From the NCBI GenBank assembly GCA_031406795.1, contig JANOHV010000076.1:1-54644 (forward strand): 54,644 nucleotides of DNA. The letters run 5' to 3'. The DNA is from Candidatus Rokuibacteriota bacterium (GTDB taxonomy: Bacteria > JAUVQV01 > DATDCY01). A program made the position numbers and the translations under genes. Below, in pieces: positions 50,446-54,644 of the stretch (position 1 is the stretch's first letter; each line of letters opens with the position of its first letter). The notes under the pieces were generated by a model. That model searched no databases, was not told where the DNA came from, and saw only the letters and a list, made by a program, of their open reading frames with translations.

Positions 50446-51570
50446 ATGCCGGCGCTGACCGATCTGAAAGATTTCACCCAGCCTCAACTGGCGGAGTTCC
50501 TGACGAGCTTGGGCCTGCCCGCTTCGCGGGTTCGGCAGATCTTTGCACTCATCCACCGACCCGGTACCCGCGAACTTGCCGGCCTGGGCACGCTCAAGCG
50601 GGAGATCAGGAACCGGTTGGCGGAGCATGCCCGCATCAGCTGGCTCGAACCCGCGAAGGTGGAGCAGTCGCGGGATGGCACCGTCAAGTTCGCGTTCCCG
50701 CTGGATGATGGCGCCGTCATCGAGAGCGTGTTGATCCCCACCAACGGCCGCCACACCCTGTGCGTATCCTCGCAGGCCGGCTGCGCGATGGGCTGCCGCT
50801 TCTGCCTCACCGCGGGCCTCGGTTTCCGCAGAAACCTCACTCCCGCCGAGATGGTCAACCAGGTCGTCGCGGCGCAGGAGTACCTGATCCGCTTCGGCGT
50901 CGTTCGGGCGACCAGCCGGCAGTTGATCGACAATCTCGTGTTCATGGGGATGGGCGAGCCGCTCGCGAATTACGACAACCTGATCACCGCGCTGGCCATT
51001 CTGATGGATGGTCAGGCCCAGGGGTATTCCGAACGGCGGGTCACCGTGTCGACCTGCGGCCTGCCATCGAGAATCAGGAGCCTGGCACGGGACGTCCGGG
51101 TCAACCTCGCGGTCTCGCTCCATTCGGTGGACGACGCGACCCGCAGCGCTTTGATGCCGGTGAACGCTGCCCATGGCGTTGATGATCTGCTGGCGGCATG
51201 TCGCGAGTATGCCGCGGTCGCGCAGCAGGTGGTCTTCATCGAATATGTCATGATCGCGGGAGTCAACGATGCGGTGAGCGATGCGCGGCGACTGGCCGGG
51301 AAGCTGCGGGATCTGCCCTGCCGCATCAACCTGCTTCCCTACAACGAGGTCCCGGATCTGCCGTATCGGTGCTCGCCGGAGACCACAATCCAGGTCTTCA
51401 AGAGCATCCTCGCCGAAGCCGGTTTCAGGACGCTGGTCAGAAGCAGCCGCGGCGCCGACATTTCCGCCGCCTGCGGGCAGTTGGCGGCGACGGAGCCGCC
51501 CGGCACCAATCCGCCGCAACCCATCGACTCGCAGCAGTATCGACTTGCGCCCCCCGACCCCGCATGCTAA
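50446..51570 (+). CDS. rlmN: 23S rRNA/tRNA adenine C2-methyltransferase RlmN (radical SAM)
   Basis: CVSSQAGCAMGCRFC, FMGMGEP, DISAACGQL. A TTGACT-17-GACAAT promoter at 50406-50434 favours ATG 50446 over 50437. Confidence 0.95.
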   Translation: MPALTDLKDFTQPQLAEFLTSLGLPASRVRQIFALIHRPGTRELAGLGTLKREIRNRLAEHARISWLEPAKVEQSRDGTVKFAFPLDDGAVIESVLIPTNGRHTLCVSSQAGCAMGCRFCLTAGLGFRRNLTPAEMVNQVVAAQEYLIRFGVVRATSRQLIDNLVFMGMGEPLANYDNLITALAILMDGQAQGYSERRVTVSTCGLPSRIRSLARDVRVNLAVSLHSVDDATRSALMPVNAAHGVDDLLAACREYAAVAQQVVFIEYVMIAGVNDAVSDARRLAGKLRDLPCRINLLPYNEVPDLPYRCSPETTIQVFKSILAEAGFRTLVRSSRGADISAACGQLAATEPPGTNPPQPIDSQQYRLAPPDPAC

Positions 51571-51591
51571 TAGAATGGCACGATTTCACGG

Positions 51592-51668
<77 letters not shown>

Positions 51669-51693
51669 ATGACCCCCCCCGGGGCGGCGCATG

Positions 51694-54237
51694 CTAGCGC
51701 AGCGTGCCGCCGAGCGGGATCGTGCCTTCGTAGCCGAATTGTGTCTGCCAGAAGCCTTCCGTGCTCTTGAAGACGTACCAGTTGCCGCCGGCCGGGTAGT
51801 AGCAGCCCAGGTCGCTTTTGTCGTCGCCGTCGAAATCGCCCACCACGGGTTCGGTGCCGGCGTAGCCGAAGGTCGTCTGCCAGAAACCGTCGGTGCTCTT
51901 GAAGACATACCAGTTCCCGCCGGGCGGGTAATAGCAGCCGATGTCGCTCCTGCCGTCGCCGTCGAAGTCCCCGATCACCGGGATCGTTCCGCCGTAGCCG
52001 AACGTCGTCTGCCAGAAGCCGTCCCGGCTCTGGAAGATGTACCAGTTGCCCCCCGGCGGGTAGTAACAGCCGATGTCGTCCCGGCCGTCGCCGTCGAAAT
52101 CCCCGACGACCGGAATCGTCCCGGCGTACCCGAACTGGGTCTGCCAGAAGCCCTCCGTGCTCTTGAAGACGTACCAGTTGCCGCCGGTCGGGTAGTAGCA
52201 GCCGATGTCGTCCCGCACGTCGCCGTCGAAGTCGCCGACGACCGGTGTCGTCCCGGCAAAGCCGAAGGTCGTTTCCCAGAAGCCGTCCGTGCTCATGGTC
52301 AACTGCCATTTCCCGGTGGCTGGTGAGTAATGGCCGAAGTCGGCCTTCCCGTCACCGTCGAAATCGCCGGTGACAGGGAGGGTACCGGCGTTGCCGAACT
52401 GCGTCTGCCAGAACCCGTCCGTGCTCCTGAACTCGTACCAGTTGCCGTCAGTCGGATAATAGCAGCCGATGTCCGAGCGACCATCACCGTCAAAGTCGTT
52501 CTTCATCTCCGGCAGGTCGGTCACGAAGATGGGGAATGTTTTTTCCGTCGACAAAAGCCCCTGGTCGGTCGTGCTGACCCGGATACTCAAGAGATTCTTC
52601 TTCCTGAAATTGAGATTGGCACTCGTCTGGAGCGAATCGCCAACGATTTGGAATGAACCGTTGTCCGTGCTCCCCGCCCCGCTCACCAGCGTGTAGATGA
52701 ACGTGCTCCCGGTATCTGGATCGCTGGAACTCAGAGAGCCGACCACCGTACCGTTGATCTGCCGCTCCGGGACAATGCTGCCGGCGAGGGCAATGTCCGT
52801 CGGCGCGTCGTTCACCGCGTTCACCGTCACCGGGAAGGTCCGCACAATGGAGTTATTCGCCGCCTGTCCGTCTTCTACGGTCACCGTGATCGTCGCGGTA
52901 CCGTTGACATTCGCGACCGGCGTGAAGCCGAGGGTGTCCGTCGCGCGTGGACTCGTGTAGGTCACCGTCGGATTCGGGATCAAGCCGGTGTTCGAGGAAG
53001 TTGCCGTTACCGTCAGCGACTGGGTCTCGCCGCCGCCCGCGGAAATGCCGGCCAGGTTCAACGTCTGCGGGCCGGCATCCTCGTCGATGGTCAGGGGCGA
53101 GATCGCGGCGAGGGTCGGCGCGTCGTTCACCGCGTTCACCGTCACATTCAAGGTCCGCACAGCAAGTATATTTGAACCGTACCCGGAGAGTACGATCACC
53201 TGGATGAGCGCGTTACCATTGGCATTGGCTACCGGTGTGAGTTCCAGGCTGCCCGTCGTGCTCGGACTCGTGTAGGTCACCGTCGGAGACGGGATCAGGT
53301 CGGTGTTCGTGGACAACGCCGACACCGTCACCCAATCGTTCTCCCCGCCGCCCGCTGAAATGCCGGCCAGGTTCACCGTCTGAGGGCCGGCGTCCTCGTC
53401 GATGGTCAGGGGCGAGACCGCGTCGATGGTCGGCGGATCGTTCACCGGGTTCACCGCCACCCAGAAGCTCCGCACAGCAGTGTTGTTCGCCGACTGCCCG
53501 TCGTTTACGGTCACCGTGATGAGCGCGGCACCGTTGGCATTCGCAAACGGCGTGAAGACCAGGCTGCCCGTCGTGCTCGGACTCGTGTACGTCACCGTCA
53601 TATTTGGGATGAGGCCGGGGTTCGAGGAAGTCGCCGTCACCGTCAGCGACTGGATCTCCCCCCCGCCCGCGGAAATGCCGGCCAGGGTCACCGTCTGCGG
53701 CCCGGCATCCTCGTTGATCGTCAGGTACGAGATCGGGTTGAGCGTCGGCTCGAGGTTCACCGCGGAAAGCCGATGTGCTACCTCAAAGTTAAAACGCGAG
53801 TAAGCACCCGCGCTGAAGAGCAATGCTCCCTGGGCTAAGTCGGCGGTCGATGTTCCGGACCAGGATAGGGTTTCTCCTACAGAGGTTGGTTGCCAAGGCT
53901 CGGGCGGGAAGGCTGTTCCATTGTGATAACCAGACGCCATGGTGAAAGATGCCCATGGCCCAACGGGAAGATCTGTGGTGTCACCAATAAAATCTGTCAG
54001 GGGGGAGGCCGAACTTTGGCTGTCACCAAATATTATGAAACCCCAACGCTGCCCTGGTGCCCAAGTGTTGTCATGGTTATCGAGTACAAGGTGAAACTCA
54101 TAGTTGTATGAACCACCATCAAGAGCGGTAACGAGATAGTCCAGCCTAAGCGGCGTCGTTGCCTTGGCTAAACCTGCCACCCCAATCAGAAACAATCCCG
54201 CTGCCAATCCCGCTGCCAATTTCGTTTTCATTGCCAC
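51694..54237 (-). CDS. Secreted/surface protein: variable N-terminal domain, three 105-aa Ig/cadherin-like repeats, cadherin domain, six 44-aa FG-GAP/VCBS-like repeats
   Basis: Signal peptide; VND(A/P)PT repeats at a 315-bp period; (G/N)DFDGD..DIGCYYP..GNWY..S.(D/E)GFWQT.FG repeats. Confidence 0.9.
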   Translation of the reverse strand: MAMKTKLAAGLAAGLFLIGVAGLAKATTPLRLDYLVTALDGGSYNYEFHLVLDNHDNTWAPGQRWGFIIFGDSQSSASPLTDFIGDTTDLPVGPWASFTMASGYHNGTAFPPEPWQPTSVGETLSWSGTSTADLAQGALLFSAGAYSRFNFEVAHRLSAVNLEPTLNPISYLTINEDAGPQTVTLAGISAGGGEIQSLTVTATSSNPGLIPNMTVTYTSPSTTGSLVFTPFANANGAALITVTVNDGQSANNTAVRSFWVAVNPVNDPPTIDAVSPLTIDEDAGPQTVNLAGISAGGGENDWVTVSALSTNTDLIPSPTVTYTSPSTTGSLELTPVANANGNALIQVIVLSGYGSNILAVRTLNVTVNAVNDAPTLAAISPLTIDEDAGPQTLNLAGISAGGGETQSLTVTATSSNTGLIPNPTVTYTSPRATDTLGFTPVANVNGTATITVTVEDGQAANNSIVRTFPVTVNAVNDAPTDIALAGSIVPERQINGTVVGSLSSSDPDTGSTFIYTLVSGAGSTDNGSFQIVGDSLQTSANLNFRKKNLLSIRVSTTDQGLLSTEKTFPIFVTDLPEMKNDFDGDGRSDIGCYYPTDGNWYEFRSTDGFWQTQFGNAGTLPVTGDFDGDGKADFGHYSPATGKWQLTMSTDGFWETTFGFAGTTPVVGDFDGDVRDDIGCYYPTGGNWYVFKSTEGFWQTQFGYAGTIPVVGDFDGDGRDDIGCYYPPGGNWYIFQSRDGFWQTTFGYGGTIPVIGDFDGDGRSDIGCYYPPGGNWYVFKSTDGFWQTTFGYAGTEPVVGDFDGDDKSDLGCYYPAGGNWYVFKSTEGFWQTQFGYEGTIPLGGTLR
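51708..52500 (-). repeat. Six tandem 132-bp intragenic repeats (FG-GAP-like)
   Basis: Visible at both DNA and protein level. Confidence 0.9.
52810..53760 (-). repeat. Three tandem 315-bp intragenic repeats (Ig/cadherin-like)
   Basis: LTI.EDAGPQT..LAGISAGGGE...TVTYTSP occurs three times. Confidence 0.9.
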
Positions 54238-54355
54238 TCTTCCCTGTTATCACATCTGCATCTTAGCCAGTCTGGCCGATGCGCCACACTCTGGACCACC
54301 ACAGCACGCTGCGTACCCTTCCCGAAGCCTTGCCCACCCCCGGGGCGCGCGCATG

Positions 54356-54644
<289 letters not shown>

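Noticed and set aside
51576-51591. sigma54 -24 box TGGCACG before the tRNA
   Set aside because: No GC at the -12 position, and it abuts the tRNA 5' end.
51708-52500. CRISPR array
   Set aside because: The repeats are 132-bp in-frame protein repeats with no unique spacers, and no cas genes are present.

Overview
This is a high-GC bacterial chromosomal window whose gene content suggests an anaerobic deltaproteobacterium-like organism (inference only). It holds housekeeping genes (purH-purD-purE, aspS, rlmN, comEC, tRNA-Arg-UCG, MoxR/DUF58/transglutaminase), two chemosensory clusters, four chemoreceptor genes (one a double-deletion pseudogene) and two paralogous surface proteins with FG-GAP-like repeats. 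Features the ORF track misses or splits: (1) two selenoprotein genes, a Tat-exported formate dehydrogenase (ARI-U-H) and a periplasmic DsbA-like protein with a U-P-H-C site, the latter overlapping an atypical MauG/CcpA-family diheme protein; (2) a Moco/Tuco-riboswitch-like RNA in the FDH leader whose P1 stem overlaps an intrinsic terminator, a possible ON switch; (3) twin sigma54 promoters with identically spaced palindromic enhancer sites, next to a diheme-c sensor kinase/NtrC pair; (4) two degenerate histidine kinases, one lacking the H-box His and one lacking ATP-binding motifs; (5) two orphan solute-binding protein/chemoreceptor pairs; (6) two families of structured intergenic repeats with compensatory base changes. 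All calls come from reading the sequence by eye; no database search was run.
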